Shown piece after piece: positions 47,560-57,410 of a stretch of DNA of 57,782 bases. The notes below the pieces were generated by a model. The model was not told the DNA's origin and searched no databases. It saw only the letters and a list, made by a program, of their open reading frames with translations. This DNA is from Verrucomicrobiaceae bacterium (GTDB lineage: Bacteria; Verrucomicrobiota; Verrucomicrobiia; Verrucomicrobiales; Akkermansiaceae), in contig JAPOLH010000001.1 in the NCBI GenBank assembly GCA_029977225.1, positions 1 to 57,782 on the forward strand, read 5' to 3'. The translations under genes were made by a program, and so were the position numbers. Each line of letters begins with the position of its first letter. Positions within the stretch are counted from its first letter, which is position 1.

Positions 47560-48741
47560 TCAGACAAAACGCACCGCGTGCTTCTTTGAGAGCTTGAGCG
47601 TGTCGCCCGCCTTTGGTGAAACCGTAGCGGCCGGATCGGTGAGTTTCTCGCCGTTGAGCTGGACCGAGCCGCTTGAGATGAACTGTTTGCGTAGCTCGCC
47701 GTTGGATTTTTCCAGCTCGAAGGCCGACCTGAACGCATGGGCCGTGAGCGTAAGCACGGTCGATTCGGCGGGGAGATCGGCCAAGGAAATTTCCGGCAGT
47801 TCGGCGGCGGAAAGATCCTTTTTGGAAAATCGCGTGTCCCAGTCGGCGCGTGCGGCGATGGCAGCAGTTTCGCCGTGGTAGCGGGCGGTGAGTTTTTCGG
47901 CGAGTGACTTCTTGGCATCCATCGGATGGCCTGACGGATCGCGGGCCTCGCCGAGCAGCAGCGTGTAATAGCGGTCCATGAGCTCGTCGGAGACGCTCAT
48001 CAGCTTGCCAAACATTTCCTGCGGCGGGTCGCTGACGCCGATGTAGTTGCCGTAGGACTTCGACATCTTGCGCACGCCGTCGAGACCTTCGAGCAGCGGC
48101 ATCACCATCACCACTTGCTGCGCTTGACCGGCTTCCTTTTGAAGGTCGCGACCGACGAGGATGTTGAAAAGTTGGTCGGTGCCGCCGAGCTCGACATCGG
48201 CACGGATTTCCACCGAGTCCCAGCCTTGCATCACCGGGTACTGCAATTCGTGAAGGCGCACTTCCTGGCCGGCATCAACGCGGTTGCGGAAGTCCTCGCG
48301 CTGGAGCATTTGCTGGAGCGTGACCTTGGCGTTGAGTTTGAGGATTTCCTCGTAGGTCATTTTGCGAAACCAGTCACCGTTGTGAACAATCTCGGTTTTC
48401 GACTTATCGAGGATCTTGAAGGCCTGGTCGGTGTAGGTCTCGGCATTGGCGAGGACCTCGTCGCGGGTGAGCGGCGGACGGGTGGCCGAGCGACCGGAGG
48501 GATCGCCGATGGTGGCGGTGAAGTCGCCGATCAGCAGGACCGCCTGGTGGCCCAGTTCCTGGAATTGGCGGAGTTTTTCGAGCGCGACCGTGTGGCCGAA
48601 GTGAATGTCGGGCGCGGTGGGATCGACGCCGAGCTTCACACGCAACGGCCGACCGAGGCGGAGTTTTTCCAGTAGTTCTTTTTCCGAAAGGACCTTGGCG
48701 CAGCCTTTGGTGAGGGCGGTGAGTTGTTGCTCGGGACTCAT
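47560..48741 (-). CDS. tyrS: Tyrosyl-tRNA synthetase
   Basis: KLGVDPTAPDIHFGH, YPVMQGWD, ELGGTDQ, KMSKS and an S4-like tail. Confidence 0.97.
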   Translation of the reverse strand: MSPEQQLTALTKGCAKVLSEKELLEKLRLGRPLRVKLGVDPTAPDIHFGHTVALEKLRQFQELGHQAVLLIGDFTATIGDPSGRSATRPPLTRDEVLANAETYTDQAFKILDKSKTEIVHNGDWFRKMTYEEILKLNAKVTLQQMLQREDFRNRVDAGQEVRLHELQYPVMQGWDSVEIRADVELGGTDQLFNILVGRDLQKEAGQAQQVVMVMPLLEGLDGVRKMSKSYGNYIGVSDPPQEMFGKLMSVSDELMDRYYTLLLGEARDPSGHPMDAKKSLAEKLTARYHGETAAIAARADWDTRFSKKDLSAAELPEISLADLPAESTVLTLTAHAFRSAFELEKSNGELRKQFISSGSVQLNGEKLTDPAATVSPKAGDTLKLSKKHAVRFV

Positions 48742-48794
48742 GATGGGAAAATTGCCGGTGGTGCGGAGATTGAATTGTCGAGGATCGAGGTGCC

Positions 48795-50387
48795 TCAGTT
48801 TTTATTTTTGAGATGCAGTTTGAGAATGCGCTTGAGCTCCTCTGCCGCCTGCAGGTTGTCGGGCACGCTGTGGTCGGAGGGCACAATCAATTCGGAGGCA
48901 ACCGGAGCGACATGCGATGACCAGTATGGCACGACTCCATCGCTGCTGTTGGGTGTGTTGCCCTTGCCGCGATCGCCGATGACCGAATGGAATGTGATGT
49001 TTTTCGGCAACGGCAATTTGTTGAGCGCGAGGGTGGCTGGTGCCCGCGGGGAGAGGCTGTCAATCGAGGTCGGCAGGTGTTTCGTCGCGTCCTCGCCTTG
49101 GGCAATGTCGCTTACTGCAAGCAGGGTGGCATCGAGCAGATCCACGGTTAGGGTCTTGGGAAGCTTGATCAGTTTTGAAATCCAGTTGGAAAAAGCTAGG
49201 TTCGCCATCGGGCTGCCACGATGCGGCACGGCGAGAAAGACGACGCGCTTCGGCTCTTTGAGTGGTTTGTAGAGCGTGCCATCGCGGATCAGGCGCATGG
49301 TGGAATCGGAGGCTTTGAGTTTGTTGACAGGCTTGTTGAACAATGCCTTGTAAAGCTCCTGACCGGGGTCGGTGACACTGGAGCGCGTGACGAGCCCGCC
49401 CATCGAGTGGCCGACGATGACCATGCGGTTGAGCTTTTCGCTGCCGCCTTTGCTGCGGGCGTAGGCACAGGCTTCGCGCATCAGCTCGCGGAATTTCATG
49501 CTGCTGTAAATCCACGGATTTCCTGTCGGATAGTTGTAGAGCCAGATCTGATAGTTTTCGCGGAACCATGGCTCGGGCGAGAGTTCGTTGATGACATTCT
49601 TGAACGCGTCGGGGCTTGAAACGAGTCCGTGTACGAGCACGACAGGAATCTTGTTGGGATCGTAAGGAGTGATGAAATAAAGCCCGGTTTCCTCGGTGAA
49701 GCGATCTGGCAGCAGCACATTTTGGATGACCAAGTCGTCGAGGTCGCACATTTTCCAGTAGAAATCATTCGGCGCGGACCAATCGGCGGCGAGTGTGTGC
49801 TTATGACTGCCGATGGGGACAGCTTCGACCGCCCAACGTTTGTTGAACTGCCACGTTGGGACGCCCTTGCGATCGAATTCTAGGGTGGCGGTGATGTTGT
49901 AAGGAAGCCCGTTGGGCAGCAGGTAGCGGTCGCGCTTCATGCCAACCGGCGAAGTGGATTTCCACCCGACTGCCGGAACTCCGAGGCCATGGTTGCCGTT
50001 GTGTTTTTTGACTTCGGTGACTTTGATGCTTGAGGCGGGTACAAGCGCGTCGAGCGTTTCGGGGTCCACATGGTTGCGGTCGGCTGCGGCAAGACGGGTG
50101 CCGATGGCTGCAGCGCGATCGTTCCATGAGCCGTGGCCGCAGCGGATCTGATCGAATAGCTTGCCGACTGCGGCGTTGTAGCGATCGCGCGCGGCGGGCC
50201 ATTCGTTTTTGCGCGAAGCATTGCCGAGAATCGACCAGTTGGCGCGGGCCTCATCGATCAGCGAAGCAGAGGGCGCGCGTGAGGTCCGTGGGATTGAGGC
50301 GCAGTTTTTGGGGGCATGCGGGGCGCATTGGCTCAGCATGATAGGGAGCAAGACTGCACAAAAAATTCGTGAAAAACGGACGACCAT
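48795..50387 (-). CDS. Alpha/beta hydrolase (lipase-like) lipoprotein
   Basis: LSQC lipobox; VLVHGL, GHSMGG, VPHRGS, SDGVVPYWS and C-terminal DH. Confidence 0.85.
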   Translation of the reverse strand: MVVRFSRIFCAVLLPIMLSQCAPHAPKNCASIPRTSRAPSASLIDEARANWSILGNASRKNEWPAARDRYNAAVGKLFDQIRCGHGSWNDRAAAIGTRLAAADRNHVDPETLDALVPASSIKVTEVKKHNGNHGLGVPAVGWKSTSPVGMKRDRYLLPNGLPYNITATLEFDRKGVPTWQFNKRWAVEAVPIGSHKHTLAADWSAPNDFYWKMCDLDDLVIQNVLLPDRFTEETGLYFITPYDPNKIPVVLVHGLVSSPDAFKNVINELSPEPWFRENYQIWLYNYPTGNPWIYSSMKFRELMREACAYARSKGGSEKLNRMVIVGHSMGGLVTRSSVTDPGQELYKALFNKPVNKLKASDSTMRLIRDGTLYKPLKEPKRVVFLAVPHRGSPMANLAFSNWISKLIKLPKTLTVDLLDATLLAVSDIAQGEDATKHLPTSIDSLSPRAPATLALNKLPLPKNITFHSVIGDRGKGNTPNSSDGVVPYWSSHVAPVASELIVPSDHSVPDNLQAAEELKRILKLHLKNKN

Positions 50388-50554
50388 GATCGTTAGGCCG
50401 GAAAGTAAGCCACGCGTCCCCAAGCCTGCCAAGCCCTGAAAGCTCTGGCGTGGTGCATGCAGCGCACTGATTTTGCACGATGCGAACTTGGCCGACTGAT
50501 TTTTGACTTTTCAAAAGCCGGCTGGGGGATTACTCTCGTCGTCCGCCAACCAAT

Positions 50555-50631
50555 GGTGGTCGTAGCTCAGTTGGTAGAGCCCCGGATTGTGATTCCGGTT
50601 GTCGCGGGTTCGAGTCCCGTCGATCACCCCA
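50555..50631 (+). tRNA. tRNA-His(GUG)
   Basis: G-1, acceptor stem GTGGTCG/CGATCAC, D arm TAGCTCAGTTGGTAGAGC, anticodon GTG at 50589-50591, TTCGAGT T-loop and encoded CCA. Confidence 0.97.
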
Positions 50632-50695
50632 TCTTTCCCATCGAAAGTTCAACACGGGCTTTGGGCGGGGGAGAAGGAATCCAAATGATTGATCC

Positions 50696-51379
50696 ATGTT
50701 GCCGCTCGAGAGCCGTATTCAATACAAGTTTCGCAACTCGCTGCTATTGGCAGAAGCCTTGACTCACCCCAGTCTCGCTTACGAGTCGCAGCAGCGGAAT
50801 TTCGACAATCAGCGTTTGGAGTTTTTGGGCGATGCGGTGCTGCAATTGATTGTCACCGAAGAACTGTTCCGTCGCTTTGTCGGGTCGACCGAGGGCCACC
50901 TTACCAAACTGCGCTCGCGTGTGGTCTCGAGGCGGGCTTTGGCAAAGTTGGCGATGGCGATTCGTTTGGGTGACTACATCTTGCTCGGTAAGGGTGAAGA
51001 GTCGACCGGTGGCAGGCGTCGTTTGTCGACTTTGGCCGATGCATTTGAGGCGCTCATTGGCGCGGTGTTTCTTGATTCTGGCGTTGAGAAGGCGCGGGAC
51101 TTGGTTTTGCGCCTGCTTGAGGAAGAGCTCGGCGGCATGGTGGATAGCCCCGAGGAGATGAACCCAAAGGGAGAGCTGCAGGAGCGTTTGCAGGCCATTC
51201 ACCCGCAAGCGCCGGTGTACCGAATCATCGGCGAAAGCGGCCCAGACCACCGTCGCGTCTTTCAGGCGGAGGTTTCCTGGTGTGACAAAGTATTGGCGAC
51301 CGGCAAGGGCAAGAGCAAGAAGGACGCCGAGGCCCGAGCGGCAGCCGAGGCTTTGCGGGCGCGGTTGTGGGACGCGTGA
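50696..51379 (+). CDS. rnc: Ribonuclease III
   Basis: ALTHPS, NQRLEFLGDAVL, ADAFEALIGA and a dsRBD (GKSKKDAE). Confidence 0.97.
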   Translation: MLPLESRIQYKFRNSLLLAEALTHPSLAYESQQRNFDNQRLEFLGDAVLQLIVTEELFRRFVGSTEGHLTKLRSRVVSRRALAKLAMAIRLGDYILLGKGEESTGGRRRLSTLADAFEALIGAVFLDSGVEKARDLVLRLLEEELGGMVDSPEEMNPKGELQERLQAIHPQAPVYRIIGESGPDHRRVFQAEVSWCDKVLATGKGKSKKDAEARAAAEALRARLWDA

Positions 51380-51420
51380 TTCATGCCATGAGAATGCCAC
51401 TTGGCAAGCGGGCGGCATGA

Positions 51421-52719
51421 ATGGAGATTGAGCGCGCGATGGCTATGTGTCTTTCGGATTTGCGCGGGCAACTGCCTGCTGGTGGTTTGTTTGGTGGCGG
51501 CGCGTGGCGCTGGTCGCCTGAGCCATTGGTGTTGAGCCGGGTGGAGGCAGATGGTCTCGCGGCTTTGGGTCATTCACTTGCGCGCTTTCAACATGCCTGC
51601 GATGAAATTTATCGAAGGAGCGCGGCGGGTTCTTTGCCGGTGTGGATTGCGGATTGGTTGGATCGTGGCAAGCCGGATTGGCTCGTCGCCTTGCAACGCG
51701 TCAAAAGCATGGCCGGCCATGTGCCGCGGGTGATCCGCCCGGATTTGATGGTGACTAATGATGGCTTTGCGATGTCCGAGCTCGACAGCGTGCCGGGTGG
51801 CATCGGCGTGGCTGCTTGGATGGCTCGCGTGTATGCTGATGCCGGCTACGAGGTGATCGGTGGCGCGAATGGCATGTGCGATGGATTCCGATCATTGATG
51901 CCGGATGGCGGCACCGTTTTGATTTCCGAAGAGGCGGCTGATTATCGGCCAGAAATGGAATGGTTGGTGTCGACGCTCGGTGCTGCGTGGCAGGTGGCTG
52001 CGGCCGAATCGTACGAACCGGATGGTTCAGCGCTTTATCGGTTTTTTGAATTGTTCGACTGGCAATCGGTGCCAAGTGCGAGGCGCTTGGCGCAGGATGT
52101 GGCGGATGGTGCTGCCCGAATCACGCCACCCTTCAAGCCGCACTTTGAAGAGAAGCTTTGGTTGGCCCTGTTGTGGTCGCCGGCGTTGAAGGGTGTTTGG
52201 GAAAAATCCTTGCGTGGCAATCACCTCAAGCGCCTGCGCGAATTAGTGCCCTTCGGTTGGCTTGTCGATCCGTCACCTTTGCCGCCGCATGCCGCACTGC
52301 CGCGCTTGGAGCTTCATTCGTGGGAGGAGGTCGCGGGTTTGAGCCAGCGCGATCGGCAACTGGTGCTCAAGGTAAGCGGATTTCACGAAACTGCCTGGGG
52401 TTCGCGCGGAGTTTTTATCGGACATGATTTGCCCGCTGCCGAATGGTCGGCCCGGCTGCGATATGCCTTGGATCATGCAGCGGAGCAACCATGGGTCATG
52501 CAGCAATTCCGCGAGGCCAGGCGCATCGAGCATCCGGTTTTCCGCGACGACGGCTCAATCGAAATGATGCAAGGCCGAGCAAGAATCTGCCCGTATTACT
52601 TTACCGACGATGAAGGAACAACTCAGCTTGGCGGCTGCCTTGCCACGATCGTGCCAGCCGACAAGAAGAAGATCCACGGCATGAGCGACGGGGTTTTGGT
52701 CCCTTGCGTGGTGGGGTGA
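51421..52719 (+). CDS. Putative ATP-grasp amide ligase (circularly permuted / GSP-synthase-like)
   Basis: IRPDL..SELDSVPGG, LVLK..WGSRGVFIG and WVMQQF. Confidence 0.55.
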   Translation: MEIERAMAMCLSDLRGQLPAGGLFGGGAWRWSPEPLVLSRVEADGLAALGHSLARFQHACDEIYRRSAAGSLPVWIADWLDRGKPDWLVALQRVKSMAGHVPRVIRPDLMVTNDGFAMSELDSVPGGIGVAAWMARVYADAGYEVIGGANGMCDGFRSLMPDGGTVLISEEAADYRPEMEWLVSTLGAAWQVAAAESYEPDGSALYRFFELFDWQSVPSARRLAQDVADGAARITPPFKPHFEEKLWLALLWSPALKGVWEKSLRGNHLKRLRELVPFGWLVDPSPLPPHAALPRLELHSWEEVAGLSQRDRQLVLKVSGFHETAWGSRGVFIGHDLPAAEWSARLRYALDHAAEQPWVMQQFREARRIEHPVFRDDGSIEMMQGRARICPYYFTDDEGTTQLGGCLATIVPADKKKIHGMSDGVLVPCVVG

Positions 52720-52723
52720 AATG

Positions 52724-52754
52724 AAAAACGGCCCGGTATTTCTACCGAGCCGTT
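52724..52754 (-). terminator. Intrinsic terminator of rpmB, possibly bidirectional
   Basis: Minus strand AACGGCTCGGTA-GAAA-TACCGGGCCGTT-TTT between convergent genes. Confidence 0.7.
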
Positions 52755-52797
52755 AATCATGAAACCACAATAATGAAAAACGTAACAGAGTGCGCGC

Positions 52798-53061
52798 TTA
52801 GAGCAGACCAGCTTTTTGCAGCGTCTGGAGGGCGCCGTTCTTGTTGATAGTCTTGAGGGCGCGGCAGCTGAGTTTGAGGCGCACATAGCGGCCGAACTCA
52901 GGAATGAAGATGCGCTTGGTCTGCAAATTGGGCGAAATCTTGCGCTTTACGACCTTGGTGACGTGGCGGCCGATACCGCCTTTTTTCTTGGCCAAACCGG
53001 AGCGGTGAATTCTGCCGCCAGAGCGGACGCTGGTTCCTCGGATGATGCAAATGCGGGCCAT
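52798..53061 (-). CDS. rpmB: 50S ribosomal protein L28
   Basis: MARIC..G..KR...PNLQ..LKTINK, with a GLAKKKGGIG insert. Confidence 0.95.
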   Translation of the reverse strand: MARICIIRGTSVRSGGRIHRSGLAKKKGGIGRHVTKVVKRKISPNLQTKRIFIPEFGRYVRLKLSCRALKTINKNGALQTLQKAGLL

Positions 53062-53092
53062 GGTATGAAAATTGTTGAGTTGCGGGGCGCGA

Positions 53093-53120
53093 AGAATGGC
53101 GATCGGGCCCGACCCGTCAA
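53093..53120 (-). promoter_or_regulatory. Sigma70-type promoter of rpmB
   Basis: TTGACG-N16-CATTCT followed by a GC-rich discriminator. Confidence 0.5.
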
Positions 53121-53139
53121 GACGAATCGTGCATGAAAA

Positions 53140-54114
53140 TCACGATTTTTTCGACCGCTGGCGCCCGAGCCGCTTAAGCCAGCGCTCAATGTCGCGGAAA
53201 ATGGCCTCCTTTTTCTCGTCGTACATCAGCAGGTGGTAGGCGCTCGGGTAGCTTCGGTAGCTTGCAGGGGCGTCCCGGGGGATGCGGGCCACAAAGCCGC
53301 GGACATCGGAGTCATTGTTGAAGAAATCCTTGCCGCCGTGCAGTACCAGCACGGGTTTGTGAAAGGTCGCGGCGCAGTCGTTCATGCCATTGATGTGTGA
53401 GGCCAGGGCACCGATCAGGCGCAGAGTGTGCTGCTGGATGTGATAGGGGTTTTTCGCTGCTTGCTCAGCATGATGCGACTTTTGCGTCATCTGGACGTCT
53501 TGGCCACCCGCGAGCATGTCGAGCGAGATGCGCGCCAGCGGCAGTGTCGTGGCGGCAATTTGCACCAAGCCGGGGGTCCACGCCGGAATATCGTCGCGAA
53601 AGCGGACGATGGGGGATGAAAGGATCAGCCCGTCGCAAGGGGCTTGATCGGGCGGAGCTTGGCGCCATGCGTGTGCGGCGATCAACGCTCCCATGCTTTC
53701 GCCAAACCACACGACCTTAGCGTCCGGGTGGCGCTCGCGCACGAGGTTGGTGAAGGCAAAAAGATCGCGATACCAGTCGCGCGGGTCGCCGATGTCTCCG
53801 CGGCGCGCGTAAATCGGGTCACTGCCCTGGCCGCGAATTTCATAGGCATAGAGGGCGGTGGTCGGTTGATGCTTCAGCAGGTGCTGGCCAAGATTGTTGT
53901 AATCGATCGAGGCCCCACAAAATCCATGGATGCCGATCACTGCCACCTCGGGCTCGTGCTGTTCGGAGATCCATTTCCGGTATCCGAAAGTTTCCCCTTT
54001 GGCGCCGGAAGTGGTCGGGTTGAGTATGATGTGATCGTGCGGCCCGCAGGCACCCAGCAGCACGATCGAAGCCATGCAGCGAGTAATCTTCAGTAACGCT
54101 GGCAGCCTTTTCAT
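53140..54114 (-). CDS. Alpha/beta hydrolase (lysophospholipase-like) lipoprotein
   Basis: LGAC lipobox; IHGF, RGQG, GESMG, LHGGKD and YHLL. Confidence 0.85.
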   Translation of the reverse strand: MKRLPALLKITRCMASIVLLGACGPHDHIILNPTTSGAKGETFGYRKWISEQHEPEVAVIGIHGFCGASIDYNNLGQHLLKHQPTTALYAYEIRGQGSDPIYARRGDIGDPRDWYRDLFAFTNLVRERHPDAKVVWFGESMGALIAAHAWRQAPPDQAPCDGLILSSPIVRFRDDIPAWTPGLVQIAATTLPLARISLDMLAGGQDVQMTQKSHHAEQAAKNPYHIQQHTLRLIGALASHINGMNDCAATFHKPVLVLHGGKDFFNNDSDVRGFVARIPRDAPASYRSYPSAYHLLMYDEKKEAIFRDIERWLKRLGRQRSKKS

Positions 54115-54276
54115 TACGGCATCAGTGTCGCTGTCTCTTGTAAAAACGCAATGCCGTATGCGGTGACGGATGGTTCCCAGTCTGCGTGTGATGCCAGTGG
54201 TGATTTACAAATTAACTCAGGCCGAAATGAAACTGAAGATCTGTGCGGGCACGTGATGAGCGATCGCAGAAATGCT

Positions 54277-55488
54277 TCACTGGCTGCTCGGCTGAAAGAT
54301 CGCCTTGGTAAAAAATGCCCGCGCCTCGCCCACGAGGTAAAGTGACCCCGCGACGAGTACCGGCGTCCCATGCTTGCGGGCTGCTTGGTATGCCGATTCA
54401 AAATTGGCGAATGATTCGTGATCCGGTGCGTTTGCCGGCAGGCATGCGGCAATTTCGCCGGCCGGCGTCGCGCGAGGCGTGTTGACCGGGCAAAGAAAAA
54501 TTTTCGAGGCAAGCGGACTGAGAAGCTTGAGGATGCCTTCGATGTCTTTTGCGGCGACGGCGCTGAATACGAGCGAAGCTTTTTTCCTGGGAAATTCTTC
54601 GCGCCATGTTTTCGCAAGCGATTGAGCCGAATGTGGGTTGTGCGCCCCGTCGAGAATGACATCCGGCAGGATTCGCTCGAAGCGCCCTGGCCATGAGACG
54701 TTGGCCAATCCATAACGAAGCGCATCGGCGGTGAGCGGCAGGCCCGCGCGGTGCGAGATCGCGACGGCAAGAGCCGCATTCCATTGCTGGTGCTCTCCCG
54801 CCAGCGCGATGCCGTAGCCAATGAGTGGTTCGGCGACAAACTCCAATGGGGCGCGTCTTTCGTTGGCCTCTTTCTCCAGCACCATGCGTGCCTGATCTTC
54901 TTGCGGCAATGAAACCGCGGGTTTGCCTTCGACAAAAATGCCTGATTTCTCAGCCGCGATCTCGGCGAGATTGTTGCCGAGCCATTCCATGTGATCGAGG
55001 CCGATCGGCGTGATTGCACATACATCGGCGGGCACGGCAGTCGTGGCGTCGAGCCTGCCGCCCATGCCGGTTTCCAGAATGATGATTTCGCAGCCGCGCT
55101 CACGAAACCAGCGCATCGCCACCGCGAGCGCGATTTCAAAAAAGGTCGGATGCGTGTCCATCCTCTCGCAGATTTCGCGCAGCGTGGTGAGCATGTCGGC
55201 GCAGTTTTCCTCGGGGATTTCCACGCCACTCACTTTGATGCGCTCGCGAAAATCAATGAGGTGCGGCGAAGTGAACAAGCCGGTGCGGCGACCGCAGGAG
55301 CGAGCAATGCTGTCGACCATCGCGCAGACACTGCCCTTGCCATTGGTGCCTGCGACATGGATCACCTTCACGCCATGAGCCGGATAGGCGAGGAACTCCT
55401 TGAGCAGATGCCTAGCATTGTCCAAGCCGAGCTTGATGCCGAAGGTCTGCGTGGAAAACAACCAATCGATCGCCTCGCTATATTTCAT
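54277..55488 (-). CDS. folC: Folylpolyglutamate/dihydrofolate synthase
   Basis: HVAGTNGKGS, FTSPHL, ETGMGGRLDAT, WPGRFE, LDGAHN and GSLYLVG. Confidence 0.96.
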   Translation of the reverse strand: MKYSEAIDWLFSTQTFGIKLGLDNARHLLKEFLAYPAHGVKVIHVAGTNGKGSVCAMVDSIARSCGRRTGLFTSPHLIDFRERIKVSGVEIPEENCADMLTTLREICERMDTHPTFFEIALAVAMRWFRERGCEIIILETGMGGRLDATTAVPADVCAITPIGLDHMEWLGNNLAEIAAEKSGIFVEGKPAVSLPQEDQARMVLEKEANERRAPLEFVAEPLIGYGIALAGEHQQWNAALAVAISHRAGLPLTADALRYGLANVSWPGRFERILPDVILDGAHNPHSAQSLAKTWREEFPRKKASLVFSAVAAKDIEGILKLLSPLASKIFLCPVNTPRATPAGEIAACLPANAPDHESFANFESAYQAARKHGTPVLVAGSLYLVGEARAFFTKAIFQPSSQ

Positions 55489-55533
55489 GTGCCGCCGGAT
55501 CGTTTGGCTGGTTCGGTTCTGGTGATCGATTCT

Positions 55534-56748
55534 CTAGCGCCCACCGGCTAGCGCCTCCATCAAGTAGCGCGCCGGGCGGAAGTTTTCGATCAGCACTTCA
55601 TGCTGTGAACCACGGATCATGCGAACCTGGCTGATGTTGAAATTCGGCGTTTTGTGCGGCGCAAAGAGGATGTCGTCGTGTGTCGAGTTTTCGTGCTTCT
55701 TGAACATCGATGGCAGGATATCGCCGCCGAGATGATCATCGCGACCGGTGGCGAGGTGACAGGTGCCGAGCACCTTCTCATCCTGGATGTCGGCGCCTGA
55801 TACCGGCAGAACCTGCGTGCCAAAACCGAGTTCTCCGAGCGTGCCGGTCATCGGGTCATCCTTGAGCCGCGCATTATGCGCGTCGATGGTGGCTTGATCC
55901 CCCGAAATCAGCGTCGACCGAATGATGCAGCGGTTTTCGACCTCGAGCACGCCGAGCGTGCCATCCTCATACTTCATCGGAAATTGACCACGCGCATCGG
56001 CCGGCACGAAATAAACTTCACCGGCAGGCAGGTTTGCGATGTCTGGCGATTTTCCAAGGCAGAGCCCGTGGGATTTTTGTGCTTCCTGGCCATCGAGGCC
56101 GAGCCATGCGGTGAGCACGCGTCCGTCCTCGAGCGCGAAGTCGATTTCAATTGCGTCGGCACGGGTCAGCGCCAAACGAAGTTTTTCCGCATCGACCGAG
56201 ACCTCATGGTAATCGACCGCAAGACCGGAATTGAGAATCACATCGTTGAGCCCGTGCAGCGTCGCTCCGCGGAAGCCATATTGCTTGCACTTCGCCGTCA
56301 AAGGCGCGGTCGCCGAAAAGGTCGAGATGCAGAGGATGAGATCGTAATGCGGGTAAATGTCGCGATCGAGTGAGAGTTTCTTGCCGGCGATGTCCCAAAC
56401 GTCATCTTGCAGGTCGAGGTTGGAACCGCGGGTGCAACGATAGGCAAACATTTCGCCGCCACTCATGCCGAGCGCATCCATCGCGCCATCGCGCAGACCA
56501 AGATAAAAATGTTTGTGCGCGTTTTTCTGCACCGGGAATCCTTCCTGCTGCAAAAACGCAAAGTCCTTAATCAGTCCAGCGGGCTCGTCGAAATCGATCA
56601 AAATGCAAACGCGACACCCTTGAGTCGGTTCAAAGACCGTGCCCAGCAATCGCTTGAGATCGAATGCCGGAAAGCGGCGCTTGTTCGGATTGAGAAGAAT
56701 TTCCTCGCTCAGATACTCGGGCAGTGCGGCCAATGTGTTCTGTGACAT
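55534..56748 (-). CDS. M29 (thermophilic metalloprotease) aminopeptidase-like protein
   Basis: NLPAGEVY, GELGFG, DEKVLGTCHLATG and THDD. Confidence 0.65.
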   Translation of the reverse strand: MSQNTLAALPEYLSEEILLNPNKRRFPAFDLKRLLGTVFEPTQGCRVCILIDFDEPAGLIKDFAFLQQEGFPVQKNAHKHFYLGLRDGAMDALGMSGGEMFAYRCTRGSNLDLQDDVWDIAGKKLSLDRDIYPHYDLILCISTFSATAPLTAKCKQYGFRGATLHGLNDVILNSGLAVDYHEVSVDAEKLRLALTRADAIEIDFALEDGRVLTAWLGLDGQEAQKSHGLCLGKSPDIANLPAGEVYFVPADARGQFPMKYEDGTLGVLEVENRCIIRSTLISGDQATIDAHNARLKDDPMTGTLGELGFGTQVLPVSGADIQDEKVLGTCHLATGRDDHLGGDILPSMFKKHENSTHDDILFAPHKTPNFNISQVRMIRGSQHEVLIENFRPARYLMEALAGGR

Positions 56749-56814
56749 GTCTGGAGAAGCTATCACCTCGCAGGGTGGCCGCAAGGGCGATTGAATGGAA
56801 CACGCAGCTTGCGC

Positions 56815-57270
56815 TCAGTTTTCGTCGCGATTCTCTGCCTGACGCATTTCCGCAAGCACCTCTATCATGTCCGGCAAGCTCTGCCACAAGGCATCCGCCA
56901 CATAAAGTGGCGCGCCGCAACGCACGCTGAGCGCAATGCAGTCAGATGGCCGCGCGTCGAGCTCTACGATCTTGCGCTCCATGATTTCATTTTCTGCTTC
57001 GATGATCAGGCGCGCGTGGTAAACCTCGTCGATCAAATCGACGATAATCGCCCGAGTGACTTTTGCTCCGAATGCCTGAAGCGTCGAATGATACAGATCA
57101 TGCGTCAGCGGCCGTGCGGCATGTTGCCCCGCCAGGGCGAAGTTGATTGTTGCGCCTACTGCAGGATCGATATGGATCAGAATGGCTTTTTTGCCATTGC
57201 TCAGAAATACCGCGCATCCTGCCTGAGTTGGCAGTAATTCAATCGGTTCGACTCTTACCAGTTGCGCCAT
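56815..57270 (-). CDS. Bifunctional nuclease (DUF151) family protein
   Basis: RPLTHDL, YHARL and LDARPSDCIAL. Confidence 0.9.
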   Translation of the reverse strand: MAQLVRVEPIELLPTQAGCAVFLSNGKKAILIHIDPAVGATINFALAGQHAARPLTHDLYHSTLQAFGAKVTRAIIVDLIDEVYHARLIIEAENEIMERKIVELDARPSDCIALSVRCGAPLYVADALWQSLPDMIEVLAEMRQAENRDEN

Positions 57271-57410
57271 TTCAGGTAGTTTCAATGCGGCCTTTGATGT
57301 CTCCAAGTGGAAAATTACGCCCGCCTAATTGATGGCAGCGCCTGTCATTTCGCGCAATTTCCGCCAAATCACGGAGAATTCAGTCCTTATTTTTGCTCCG
57401 CGCGAATCTT

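Noticed and set aside
50555-50700. Integrative element at tRNA-His
   Set aside because: No integrase and no duplicated tRNA 3' end were seen; rnc follows directly.
51381-51420. GG-N10-GC motifs between rnc and the ligase gene
   Set aside because: The matches to the -12 element are poor and too close to the start codon; the TCATGCC/GGCATGA hairpin explains the pattern.
54114-55229. 371-aa ORF overlapping folC
   Set aside because: It is an alternative frame with no motifs; folC is intact in its own frame.
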